Assembly (NCBI GenBank): GCA_023266675.1
Contig: JAHFPP010000005.1
Coordinates: 1-39,160 of the forward strand
DNA length: 39,160 nucleotides
Direction of reading: 5' to 3'
Source: Candidatus Woesearchaeota archaeon
GTDB lineage: Archaea > Nanobdellota > Nanobdellia > Woesearchaeales > BM511
This document shows positions 1-9,212 of this stretch, one piece after another (the first letter of the stretch is position 1; each line of letters begins with the position of its first letter). The notes below the pieces were generated by a model. That model ran no database searches. It was not told the DNA's origin and saw only the letters and a program-made list of their open reading frames with translations. A program made the position numbers and the translations under genes.

Positions 1-2
1 AT

Positions 3-3000
3 CATCTTGTTTTTGTTTCTAATGTTGCAGGTTTCATTAAAGGATTCAATGGTAAGACTTATAATTATCAGATGATACTCCCAATTTACAATAATACAGG
101 GTATAAAAATCTTAGCAGTAATCAGATATATTATTTTTATGCAAATCCTTTTTCAGACATAACCTGCCCAGAAGGTGCGGGTGTTGCAGGCGATACCGGA
201 TTTGTTGATGGGTATGTTACTGATAATAATAAAAATCCGCTTGTAAATGTTACTGTTGGTATTGCTGAGTATAGATATACAGTAACTGATGAAACAGGAT
301 ATTATAAAATGCCAGCTCCTGCCGGGAATTCTTCTTTAAATCAGACTATTGGAGCATATAAACTAGGGTACGAGACATATTTTGGTACTGTCCTTGTATA
401 CATCGGTGAAGTAACATCTCATAATATCACAATGAATAAGCTTAACACAAAGACGGATATTGGTCCAGGTCAATCTGACCTTACAAATGTCGATGTAGGT
501 CCTGGAACATCAATGAATACAAAAACAAAGGATGGTGTTGGTCCTGGTATTGGTCCTGGTATTGGTCCTGGTATCGGGCCTTACCTTGAAGAGCCAAAAA
601 AGGTTGAAGGGCAGGATTTTATTGTTTCAATCCCTAACATTAACAGAAGATTAAAAATTGATAATTTTCTTGAGGAATCTATCTCATTATACAGTTTTAA
701 ATCTGACACAGCAACTCTTGATTTTAGCATTGAAGGAAATGTTTCAGATTTGATACAGCTTGAAAAAGAAAGAATAATTCTCGCTGGACGGTCAAGTGAT
801 GTTTTAAAGATGAAGATTTTTGGTAAAGGACCGCTTGGTGTTTACAATGGTTCTTTAAAGATTTCTGGCTCAGTAAATGAGATAATCCCTATACGAATTG
901 AGCTTACTGACAAGGATTTGCTTGATGTCCAGACTTTATTTTTGGATTTGGAGATGGTTACACCAAACGTAAATCCGGGAGATATTGTTCAGTATAAAAC
1001 AACGCTTCGAAACTTGCTTACAGATACAGCTTACCCTGTTAGTATATTTTATGTTATATCTGATCTTTCAGGAAAGAATGTTATTGTTGCATCTTCTGAA
1101 AATCTAAATTTAAAGACTACCTTCTCGCTTTTAAAAAGTACTCCGCTTCCAAAAACGCTTCCTCCCGGAGATTATACAATAACGGCGCAGGCAACTTATC
1201 TTGATTTGACTTCAACAGTTTCTACATATTTCAAAGTAACTTTGCCATTTTATCAGTATATGCTTTTTGGAAAAGTTCCTTTGTGGTGGATATTCGTTGC
1301 GATACTAATATTACTTATACTGATTGGTCTTGGGTATTGGTATTATAGAAACACGCAGTCAAAAAAGAAATTTCATCTTAAAGTTGAGTATGATGAAATT
1401 CCAAAACCAGGACCTAGAAATGTTTATGTTGGAAAAATTGCCGAAACTGACCATAAAGCCTATTTTAACCTTGAAAACTTTAAAGTTCATACAATAATTG
1501 CAGGAACAACCGGTAGTGGAAAGTCATTTTCATCACAAGGCATAATTGAAGAGATGCTTCTTCATAATGTTGCTGTAATAGTTTTTGACCCAACAGCTCA
1601 GTGGACTGGTTTTCTACGAAAACTTCAGTCAAAATCTTTATTATCTTTATATCCGACTTTTGGAATGAGAGTGCAGGATGCAAGGGCATTTAATGGAAAT
1701 ATTAGGATGATTAGAAACGCGCGTGAACTTATTGACATAAAAAAATACATGAAGCCTGGAGAAATTCAGATATTTGCATGTCATAAACTTGATCCTAAAG
1801 ATATGGATATCTATGTTTCAAATGCAATTAAAGAAGTATTCCACGGAAACTTTAATGAATCTCCTGAACTTCGATTAATGCTCGTATTTGATGAAATTCA
1901 CAGAATCCTTCCTAAGTTTGGAGGATCAGGTGCAGGATTTCTTCAGATTGAAAGAGGGTGCAGGGAATTTAGAAAATGGGGTATTGGTATCATGTTAATC
2001 TCGCAGGTCCTTGGAGACTTTATGGGTGAAATCAAGGCTAACATTAACACTGAGATTCAGATGAGAACCAGAGATGAAGGAGACCTTGACAGAATTTCTA
2101 CAAGATATGGTAAAGAGGTTTTACAATCTCTTGTAAAAGCGACTGTTGGTGCAGGCATGATAGAAAATCCTGCTTACAACCGTGGTAGACCCTACTTCGT
2201 TGCATTTAAGCCTATTATGCATTCTGTTGAAAGATTGTCCGACGAAGATATTGAAAAATATAATAAATACAATGAGATGATTGACCAGATTGAGTTTGAA
2301 CTTAAACAGTTTGAAGAGGAGCATGGACAGGATGTATTTGACATGAAACTTGAGCTAAAACTTTCGCTTGACAAAGTTAAAAGTGGAAATTTTAACATGG
2401 TTGATATTTATCTTGAGGGGCTTAAACCAAGAATAGAAAAATTATGGCAAAAACTTGGAAAAACTCCTAAAGCGTATCAGATTAAGCTTGCAAGTGAAGC
2501 TGACTTAGCTGCAGAGCTTGAGAAAGCAAAAGCTGAAAAAGCTAAAGCTGAAGCAGAAGAAAAGAAGAAGGCAAAAGAAGCAGGTGTTCCTGAAAGTGAA
2601 AATGCAAACAAGCCTAAGGAAAAAACATCTCTTGATTTAAGAACAAGTTTTACTGACGCATTTACTTTTGGAAATGGACAGCAGGTTACAAATTTGCAGG
2701 AGTTGCTTGATGTTTTGCCGTCAATTGGTCCTGCTGAGTTTGGAAAATCAGTATCCAAATCAGTAACAAAAGACAAAACAGAAATTATAAAGAATGATAT
2801 TGCTGATTGGATGAAGAATAAACTTGTCTTTCCTGAATTTGCAGAAAAGATAAGGACTGTTGTTGATCATGATGAACTTCTTGCAGCTATAGATCATGAA
2901 GTTAAAAAACCATCAAAGGTCAAGGATGTAAAACCTGTAGTCAGTGATTCAAAAGCAGATTCTAATAATGCTGAATTAAAGGATGTGGCTAGTAAACCTA

Positions 3001-3653
3001 CTGAAACAAAACCTGTTGAGGAAAAATCGTCTGAGCAAAAAGAAGAATCTAAAGATATTTCTTCAAAAACAGATATAACCAAAGAAGATGTAAAAATTGT
3101 GCAATCATCATCTTTAAAAAATAATTGGGAAGATATTAAACAGGAATATGAAAAATTAGCTACGTCTGATGCCAAGATATCTTATCTTTTGGAGCAGGAA
3201 AAAATAAATCTTAGTGATGCAAATATAAAATATGCTCTTGCTATAGAGTATCACAAAATTAAGGATTATAAGAATGCTGAGCAAAAATACCTTGATACGC
3301 TAACACTTCTTCCTAACAACCCGAAAGTTTTGAATTACTTAAAAGTTGTTCAGGATGCGATATCAAATGAAAAAAATAATCAATCCTCTGGAACAAATTT
3401 GGAAGTTAAAGGAGAAACTAAACATGTATCTTCAGATAAATATTTTAAATTAAGTGATGGCACTGAATTAAAATCGTATACTGACTTAAAGGAAGCAATA
3501 AAGAGGATGAATGATGACTCAATTAAAGTTTATGTTAATGATAGTAAAAATGATTTTGCTGTGTGGGTTGAAAATGCTCTTGAAAATAAGACTCTCGCTG
3601 ACAAGCTTAGGCAGGCGCATAATAAAAACGAGCTTGAGGCGGTGTTATCATGA
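3..3653 (+). CDS. Large single-pass membrane protein: extracellular carboxypeptidase-regulatory-like/Ig-like domains, TM helix, cytoplasmic HerA/VirB4-like (DUF87-type) P-loop ATPase, coiled coil, TPR and two DUF5752-like repeats; probably 5'-truncated by the window edge
   Basis: Frame is open from position 3 (HLVFVSNVAGFIKG...) into the tracked Met at 72. TM LWWIFVAILILLILIGLGYWYY (~1281-1346). Walker A HTIIAGTTGSGKS (G at 1503), Walker B LMLVFDEIHR, HerA-type REFRKWGIGIMLISQ motif. Confidence 0.85.
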   Translation, partial: HLVFVSNVAGFIKGFNGKTYNYQMILPIYNNTGYKNLSSNQIYYFYANPFSDITCPEGAGVAGDTGFVDGYVTDNNKNPLVNVTVGIAEYRYTVTDETGYYKMPAPAGNSSLNQTIGAYKLGYETYFGTVLVYIGEVTSHNITMNKLNTKTDIGPGQSDLTNVDVGPGTSMNTKTKDGVGPGIGPGIGPGIGPYLEEPKKVEGQDFIVSIPNINRRLKIDNFLEESISLYSFKSDTATLDFSIEGNVSDLIQLEKERIILAGRSSDVLKMKIFGKGPLGVYNGSLKISGSVNEIIPIRIELTDKDLLDVQTLFLDLEMVTPNVNPGDIVQYKTTLRNLLTDTAYPVSIFYVISDLSGKNVIVASSENLNLKTTFSLLKSTPLPKTLPPGDYTITAQATYLDLTSTVSTYFKVTLPFYQYMLFGKVPLWWIFVAILILLILIGLGYWYYRNTQSKKKFHLKVEYDEIPKPGPRNVYVGKIAETDHKAYFNLENFKVHTIIAGTTGSGKSFSSQGIIEEMLLHNVAVIVFDPTAQWTGFLRKLQSKSLLSLYPTFGMRVQDARAFNGNIRMIRNARELIDIKKYMKPGEIQIFACHKLDPKDMDIYVSNAIKEVFHGNFNESPELRLMLVFDEIHRILPKFGGSGAGFLQIERGCREFRKWGIGIMLISQVLGDFMGEIKANINTEIQMRTRDEGDLDRISTRYGKEVLQSLVKATVGAGMIENPAYNRGRPYFVAFKPIMHSVERLSDEDIEKYNKYNEMIDQIEFELKQFEEEHGQDVFDMKLELKLSLDKVKSGNFNMVDIYLEGLKPRIEKLWQKLGKTPKAYQIKLASEADLAAELEKAKAEKAKAEAEEKKKAKEAGVPESENANKPKEKTSLDLRTSFTDAFTFGNGQQVTNLQELLDVLPSIGPAEFGKSVSKSVTKDKTEIIKNDIADWMKNKLVFPEFAEKIRTVVDHDELLAAIDHEVKKPSKVKDVKPVVSDSKADSNNAELKDVASKPTETKPVEEKSSEQKEESKDISSKTDITKEDVKIVQSSSLKNNWEDIKQEYEKLATSDAKISYLLEQEKINLSDANIKYALAIEYHKIKDYKNAEQKYLDTLTLLPNNPKVLNYLKVVQDAISNEKNNQSSGTNLEVKGETKHVSSDKYFKLSDGTELKSYTDLKEAIKRMNDDSIKVYVNDSKNDFAVWVENALENKTLADKLRQAHNKNELEAVLS
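540..581 (+). repeat. 12-bp tandem repeat GGTCCTGGTATT x3.5 encoding (GPGI)n
   Basis: ggtcctggtatt ggtcctggtatt ggtcctggtatc gggcct. Confidence 0.95.
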
Positions 3654-4003
3654 ATGCTAAAAGAGAAGTTCTTAATTTAGATGATATAAGTTCCAAGCCT
3701 TTTCCTAATAAGGTTGAGGAGTATAATCAATATTACGCTGATCTTAAGGAAAGAATTAAAGAAGCTAGAATAAACGGAAAAGATACTTTCATTGCCGAGC
3801 TAAATATCCATAATTTTAAGGCAAAACTTCATATTGCTGAGGTAACAAGAGAAGAAAAGGATTTTGATATTGTAAAAACTATGCTTGTTAAGGTAGAAAA
3901 AGAATTGAAGGAAGCTAAAGAGGAAAATATGGTTGATATCAGGGAAGAAATTGATAATGGAGCAAAAAGATTGATGGATGAAGAGAGTAAAAAAATCAGT
4001 TAA
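3650..4003 (+). CDS. Hypothetical helical protein, translationally coupled to the ATPase gene
   Basis: ATGA start/stop overlap at 3650-3653; GAGGCGGTG SD-like sequence upstream; 117 aa, charged and helical. Confidence 0.8.
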   Translation: MNAKREVLNLDDISSKPFPNKVEEYNQYYADLKERIKEARINGKDTFIAELNIHNFKAKLHIAEVTREEKDFDIVKTMLVKVEKELKEAKEENMVDIREEIDNGAKRLMDEESKKIS

Positions 4004-4113
4004 TTTGATTATTGTGTCAGTTGCGGCTAGTTATGGCTAAATATTAACTGTATTAATAATCGCTATATATAAAAACAGATAAACTAATCATATAAAGGGA
4101 AAGAGAGGTAAAT

Positions 4114-5067
4114 ATGTTTTGGCCATTTAAGAGAAAAAAGTCAGCGGATGAAATGATTGCTGATACTGTCAAGGCCGCTGCAGATAATATTGGCACTGGA
4201 GAAGAAAAGAAGGATGATTCTGTATCTACTGGTAATCCTAAACTTGATATCGAATTTACAAAAATAAAAGCCCAGATTGAAGGCTTTGCTGAGGTAAGGC
4301 ATGCTAATTCTGAGAGGTTTCAAAGATTAAGCGAGCAAATAGGCGAACTTCGTGGTATGATAATGGATACCAATAAATCTGTAGGTTCAATAGAAATAAA
4401 GTCTACCAAGGCTGCGGATATGGTCTCTTCAGTGCAGCCTGAAAAGCTGATGATCGATGTCAGGAAAGCCGAGGGAAAAGTTGATGCATTGCATGCGAAT
4501 ATTGAAAGCAATGACACTTTATTGCATAATATCATGGATGAGTTGAAGATTATGAGAAACCAGATTAAGTTCTACAAGGGAATTGAGCAGGTAATGAAAT
4601 TAAATGATGATGTCAAGGCTGAACTTATGGAGATAAAAAAAGTTGAGGCATCAGCAAAGCGTCATGCAGATAAGATTGACACAATTTTTCTTGATGTTAA
4701 CAAGAAATTTTCTGAGTTTGATAAATTTGACACAATAACAAAGGATCTTGACCGTACTTTTAAGGTAATCCAGTCTGATTTTGACAAAATGAAAGTTGCA
4801 ATTGAAAATAAAGAGGATAAAAAAGAGTTTATCAATCTTGTGAATAAATTTAATGATTTTGAAAAACACACTACCAATATAATAGATCTTCTTGATAAAA
4901 AATCAAAATCTGTTAAAAGGGATATGGAAGACAGTTTTGAAAAATTGAGATTACGTGCAGAAAAAAAATACAATATTGAACCTGAGGTTAAGCAAAAACC
5001 AACTGAAAAAAATGAACCTGCAGCTGTTCAAAAACCAAATGAAGCTCCTGCTACGCCGCCAAAATAA
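4114..5067 (+). CDS. Long coiled-coil hypothetical protein
   Basis: GAGGT SD; 317 aa with heptad-like E/K/L/I pattern, MFWPFKRKK N-terminus, Pro-rich tail. Confidence 0.8.
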   Translation: MFWPFKRKKSADEMIADTVKAAADNIGTGEEKKDDSVSTGNPKLDIEFTKIKAQIEGFAEVRHANSERFQRLSEQIGELRGMIMDTNKSVGSIEIKSTKAADMVSSVQPEKLMIDVRKAEGKVDALHANIESNDTLLHNIMDELKIMRNQIKFYKGIEQVMKLNDDVKAELMEIKKVEASAKRHADKIDTIFLDVNKKFSEFDKFDTITKDLDRTFKVIQSDFDKMKVAIENKEDKKEFINLVNKFNDFEKHTTNIIDLLDKKSKSVKRDMEDSFEKLRLRAEKKYNIEPEVKQKPTEKNEPAAVQKPNEAPATPPK

Positions 5068-5160
5068 TTTTTACTTATATAACTCTTAAAAGGTTATTTT
5101 ACCGATTTAAATTGCTGTCTTTGTCTTTTGAGCTGAAAATCCGTATCATATTAACTTAAC

Positions 5161-6324
5161 TCACCGCCTCTCAATTATTGTATTTCTTCCGTCAGAAACT
5201 ATGTGTATTGGAACATAATAATCATATCCTTCAAGAGCATATTCCTTCGCTATCTCCTGATCTATTCTTGAGATAATTTTAGAATCTGCAATTACCGAAA
5301 CTTGCGGCCTGAAAAGATTTGAAATTCCTAAATGATTAATCATTCCATCAGAAATAAAAGGTATTAACCAAGATGGGTCAATTTCGCCGGAATAAGCAGG
5401 AATTCTTCCAAGCAGCATATTAATCTCTTTTTCGTATAATAAATTTCTACTATGAACTGATGATTGACCAGATAACTTTGCACTAACATGTATCTCTGCA
5501 AATATTCCTTCTTTTCCTGTTGAGCCTCTCAAATATAACGCTTTAAATTCTGATGCAGAATCTCTTGGAAGTGTAAAATCTACTTCTTCAAAATCTCTGT
5601 TTCGTTTGTATTGCAAAAACATGTCTTCAAGTCCATTTTTTGTTTGCACAGTTTGCGCCTCTATTATTGGCATATGAACTGGGTCAAATCGATTTTGTGT
5701 TCTAAAATTATTATACATTTCAATTGTATTTGGAAGATGCGCTCTCAAATCATCAGGAAGACTAGCTCCCATTTCTAAAATAATTTTTCCATCTTCAATT
5801 ATGAGATAATTGCGAAAATCTGCATGATGTGATGGTGCGTATCCTTCCTTTCTTGTGAGAGGATAAGTGGAAATATCATTATGTCCTTGTTTGGTTATTA
5901 TGTGGTACCTTCCTTTGATTGCAGAGTCTCCAATGATTGACCTGTTGAATCCATCCAAAAGTTCAAAGCATGAGAATGAAAGTCCTTTGAGGAATTCTTC
6001 TTCAGATATTCCTTCAACTCTGCAATAATGCTTCCAAAGATATCCGCTGCTTTCTAAGGCTATCTCTTTTAATCTTTGTTCAGTAAGTCCATCTTTTCTT
6101 AATTTTGAGTTTGCAGGAATAACAATGCTGTCAATAAGACCTGAGGCGCCGTCATAATCCTGTGTCATTTCAGAACGTGCAATAATATTAACATCAGATA
6201 TAATCGCATCTTCAAGCGATAATTCTTTTGCAGTTGGAAAACCTTTTTCTGCAGAGTATCTGCTGATTGTTCTTTTTGGTTTTCCTTCAAGCGCTTCAGG
6301 ATTATTTAGATAGTAATCTGGCAT
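5161..6324 (-). CDS. Hypothetical protein, possibly a divergent PEP-synthase/PPDK N-terminal ATP-grasp-like fold
   Basis: 387 aa ORF; IIARSE..QDYDGASG and PIIE...MFLQYK resemble the VRSS..ED..AG and DIEW...ILQARP motifs (weak). Confidence 0.55.
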   Translation of the reverse strand: MPDYYLNNPEALEGKPKRTISRYSAEKGFPTAKELSLEDAIISDVNIIARSEMTQDYDGASGLIDSIVIPANSKLRKDGLTEQRLKEIALESSGYLWKHYCRVEGISEEEFLKGLSFSCFELLDGFNRSIIGDSAIKGRYHIITKQGHNDISTYPLTRKEGYAPSHHADFRNYLIIEDGKIILEMGASLPDDLRAHLPNTIEMYNNFRTQNRFDPVHMPIIEAQTVQTKNGLEDMFLQYKRNRDFEEVDFTLPRDSASEFKALYLRGSTGKEGIFAEIHVSAKLSGQSSVHSRNLLYEKEINMLLGRIPAYSGEIDPSWLIPFISDGMINHLGISNLFRPQVSVIADSKIISRIDQEIAKEYALEGYDYYVPIHIVSDGRNTIIERR

Positions 6325-6399
6325 TTATCAAATAAAAAATAGCTAATTTATAAGCCTTACTATAGTTACTACTTTAAAAAGACAATATTTTAGAATTTA

Positions 6400-6765
6400 C
6401 TATTTTGTGCCTTTAAGTTCGTTTATTGCACTGACAATGTCATGCCTGCTAAACGGTTTATTCAGGTATCCTCTTGCTCCAATATCTTTTACCTGCTCAA
6501 ATTCCTTTTTATCTTTAAGAGATGTAACTATCACAATTTTAGATGATGAATCAAACTTTCTTATTTCTCTAAGAAGATTCTTTCCATCATCAAGCGTTGG
6601 AAGCAAAAGTTCCATGAAAACAAGTGCGGGCTTTTCAGTTTTATATTTTTTAAGAGCCTCCTTTACATCGGAGGTGTCTAAAAATTGGTGTCCCTCTTCT
6701 GAAACTATATTTCCCAAAACTTTTCTCATAAGTGAAGAACAATCTATAATTAGGATTTTAACCAT
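6400..6765 (-). CDS. Stand-alone CheY-like receiver domain protein with atypical active site
   Basis: KILIID, KPALVFME, IVIVTS, GARGYLNKPF motifs; the phosphoacceptor position is Glu52. Confidence 0.9.
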   Translation of the reverse strand: MVKILIIDCSSLMRKVLGNIVSEEGHQFLDTSDVKEALKKYKTEKPALVFMELLLPTLDDGKNLLREIRKFDSSSKIVIVTSLKDKKEFEQVKDIGARGYLNKPFSRHDIVSAINELKGTK

Positions 6766-6887
6766 TTTTCAAACCTCTCTTTATAATACTTTAAATTACT
6801 CTTCTATTTTATAAACTTTTTGATTGGTATAATGTATAGTAACATTTATTAAGAATAAACATATACAACTCTAAGGATGGTGATTAA

Positions 6888-7037
6888 ATGCTTGGAACAA
6901 CAGAAATAGTGCTGATTATCTTGGCAGTTGTTTTGTTATTTGGCGGGAAAAAAATTCCTGAACTAGCACGTGGCCTTGGCTCTGCAGTAAAAGAATTCAA
7001 TAATGCCAAAGACGGAAAAACTTCAAAGGCTAAATAA
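6888..7037 (+). CDS. tatA: Twin-arginine translocase TatA/E subunit (49 aa, not in ORF track)
   Basis: [51 protein letters not shown] hinge and amphipathic helix; GGTGA SD; T-tract downstream. Confidence 0.93.
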   Translation: MLGTTEIVLIILAVVLLFGGKKIPELARGLGSAVKEFNNAKDGKTSKAK

Positions 7038-7280
7038 TTTTTTTTTATTAAAATTAGGTATTCAATATGTAGTATGTGGCTGAAAAAGGAGATAGTACAG
7101 ACTTAAAAACATAGTGAATTCAAAAAAATAATTCATCTATTTAATGTTGGTAATGTAGGTAGCTTACATAACAAAATTTTGGTTATTTTAGGTTAAACAT
7201 ACTTTTTCTTATTATTTTTCAAAACCTTTTTAAATACCCAACTTTTTCTAGTGGTTATTACTATAACGAAAGGTGATTCT

Positions 7281-7559
7281 ATGGAGATCAATATTATTGA
7301 AGACAAGAAAAATAAGATGGTTTTTGAGATAAAAGGAGAAGATCATACTCTCCCAAATGCTTTAACAAAAGAATTATGGGGAATTAATGGAGTAAAGGTT
7401 GCAGCTTACGGAATTGATCATCCATTAATGGGAAGTCCAAAGCTAGTTATAGAGACAGATTCAAGTGTTGAACCAAGAAAGGCTCTTAAAAGCGCAGTTT
7501 CATCGTTACAGAAGAAAAACGCTGATTTGCTTGAAAAATTCAAAAAAGCGGCAAAATAA
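7281..7559 (+). CDS. rpoL: DNA-directed RNA polymerase subunit L (Rpo11)
   Basis: GEDHTLPNAL and AAYGIDHPL motifs; AGGTGA SD supports the ATG at 7281 over the GTG at 7251. Confidence 0.95.
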   Translation: MEINIIEDKKNKMVFEIKGEDHTLPNALTKELWGINGVKVAAYGIDHPLMGSPKLVIETDSSVEPRKALKSAVSSLQKKNADLLEKFKKAAK

Positions 7560-7570
7560 ATTTTTTTAAA

Positions 7571-8149
7571 ATGGTTTCTCTTACTGATGGGGAAAAACTT
7601 GTAGCTCTTGCAAAAGAAGCAGTTTTTCTATCATTTGATGGGAAAAAACCTGATTTGGCAAACTATTCTAAATATGGGACTCCGCAGGGAGTTTTTGTAA
7701 CACTTCATAAAAAAGGAAAACTTAGAGGGTGTGTTGGGTTCATTTCACCAGTTTATCCATTAAACGTAGCAATTGTTAAAGCAGCAAAAGCGGCAGCATT
7801 TGAGGATACGCGATTCTTGCCTCTTGAAAAAAAAGAACTTAAAGATGTAGAATTCGAGATATCAGTACTTACTCCTCCAATAAAAATTGTTGTAAAAAAA
7901 CCAGAAGAATATATTAAAAAAATAAATTTAGGTAAAGATGGGTTAATAGTAAAAACTTCGTTTACTCAAGGATTGCTTCTCCCTCAGGTGGCCCATGAAT
8001 GTGGCTTTGATGAACTGGAATTTTTAGAGGCAACATGTGAAAAGGCAGGTTTATCACGGTCTGCATGGAAAGAGTTTAATATAGAAGTATATAAATTTCA
8101 GGCAATAATATTTAAAGAGCAAAATGGAAAAGTTGTAAAATTAAAATGA
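7571..8149 (+). CDS. AMMECR1-domain protein
   Basis: GVFVTL...LRGCVG, AAFEDTRF, EISVLT, GLLLPQVA, CEKAGL motifs. Confidence 0.93.
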   Translation: MVSLTDGEKLVALAKEAVFLSFDGKKPDLANYSKYGTPQGVFVTLHKKGKLRGCVGFISPVYPLNVAIVKAAKAAAFEDTRFLPLEKKELKDVEFEISVLTPPIKIVVKKPEEYIKKINLGKDGLIVKTSFTQGLLLPQVAHECGFDELEFLEATCEKAGLSRSAWKEFNIEVYKFQAIIFKEQNGKVVKLK

Positions 8150-9189
8150 TAGACCAAACATTAATGGATTTTAAGAAAATATTTGATAAAAAACTTATAG
8201 ATTACTTTGATACCAAAATAAATGAGGCAAAAGAGACTTCAGAAATCTCTGAAGGCATGCTTAAAATATTAAAGGAATTTACAGTTCGCGGCGGGAAAAG
8301 AATAAGGCCTGCGCTTGTTTATCATTCATATCTTTGTTTCTCAGACAAAAATCTTGACGAAGCGATAAAAGCAGGAATTGCAGCTGAACTAGTTCAGAGT
8401 TTCCTTCTGATTCATGATGATATAATGGATAATGATTCAATGCGCCGTGGAAAACCGACAGTTCATAAAATTTATTCAGAATATTTTAACGATGAAAAAC
8501 TTGGGGAATCACTTGGCATACTTTGCGGAGACCTCGCAATCTCGCTAGCCAACGAAGCACTTTTGTAAGTAAATCTTCCAAATGAAAGAAAAATCCAGGC
8601 GTGCATACTTTTAAACAACATATTGAATAAGGTTGAATTCGGTCAGGAGCTTGATGTTGTTTCAAGTAGGAAAGATGAGATAACAAAAGAGGAGATTTTC
8701 AGGATTCATAAGTTAAAGACTTCAAAATATACCTTTGAAGGGCCGCTCTTAATAGGTGCGCTTCTTGGAGGGGCAAAACAGTCTGATCTTGAAATATTAA
8801 AAGGATATTCAACACCTCTTGGTCTTGCATTTCAGCTTCAGGATGATATACTGGGTGTCTTTGGCGATGAGTCAAAGCTTGGAAAGCCAGTTGGTTCAGA
8901 TATACGAGAGGGGAAAAAAACCTTTCTTTTGCTTAAAGCAAAGGAAACATGCAGTAAATCCGACAAAAAAATATTGGAGTCAATCCTTGGTAGCAAGAAC
9001 TTAACTGCTAAAAACATAAACAAAGTCAGGGAGATTATAACACGTTCAGGTTCACTTGAACATAATAAACAATTAATACATGAATTACTGAAGGAAGCCA
9101 AAGATGAGATATCTGAACTTGAGATTAATGGAGACGGTAAAACTTTTATGATAAACCTTGTAGACTATCTTTCAGAACGTGATTATTAA
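8146..9189 (+). pseudogene. idsA: Polyprenyl (geranylgeranyl-type) diphosphate synthase interrupted by one in-frame TAA at 8566-8568 (pseudogene or sequencing error)
   Basis: GGKRIRP and FARM LIHDDIMD..RRG in the first ORF; GQELD, KT and SARM FQLQDDILG in the second; both ORFs are in the same frame and the intervening codons are open. Confidence 0.85.
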
Positions 9190-9212
9190 TCAATGTATCT
9201 TAACTAATATCT

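Noticed and set aside
4114..5067. FlaC/archaellum accessory or SMC assignment
   Set aside because: Only generic coiled-coil similarity; no ATPase head or archaellum genes nearby.
8566..8568. Stop-codon reassignment explaining the idsA TAA
   Set aside because: TAA terminates many clearly complete genes here (rpoL, tatD, pyrH, feoB), so the code is standard.
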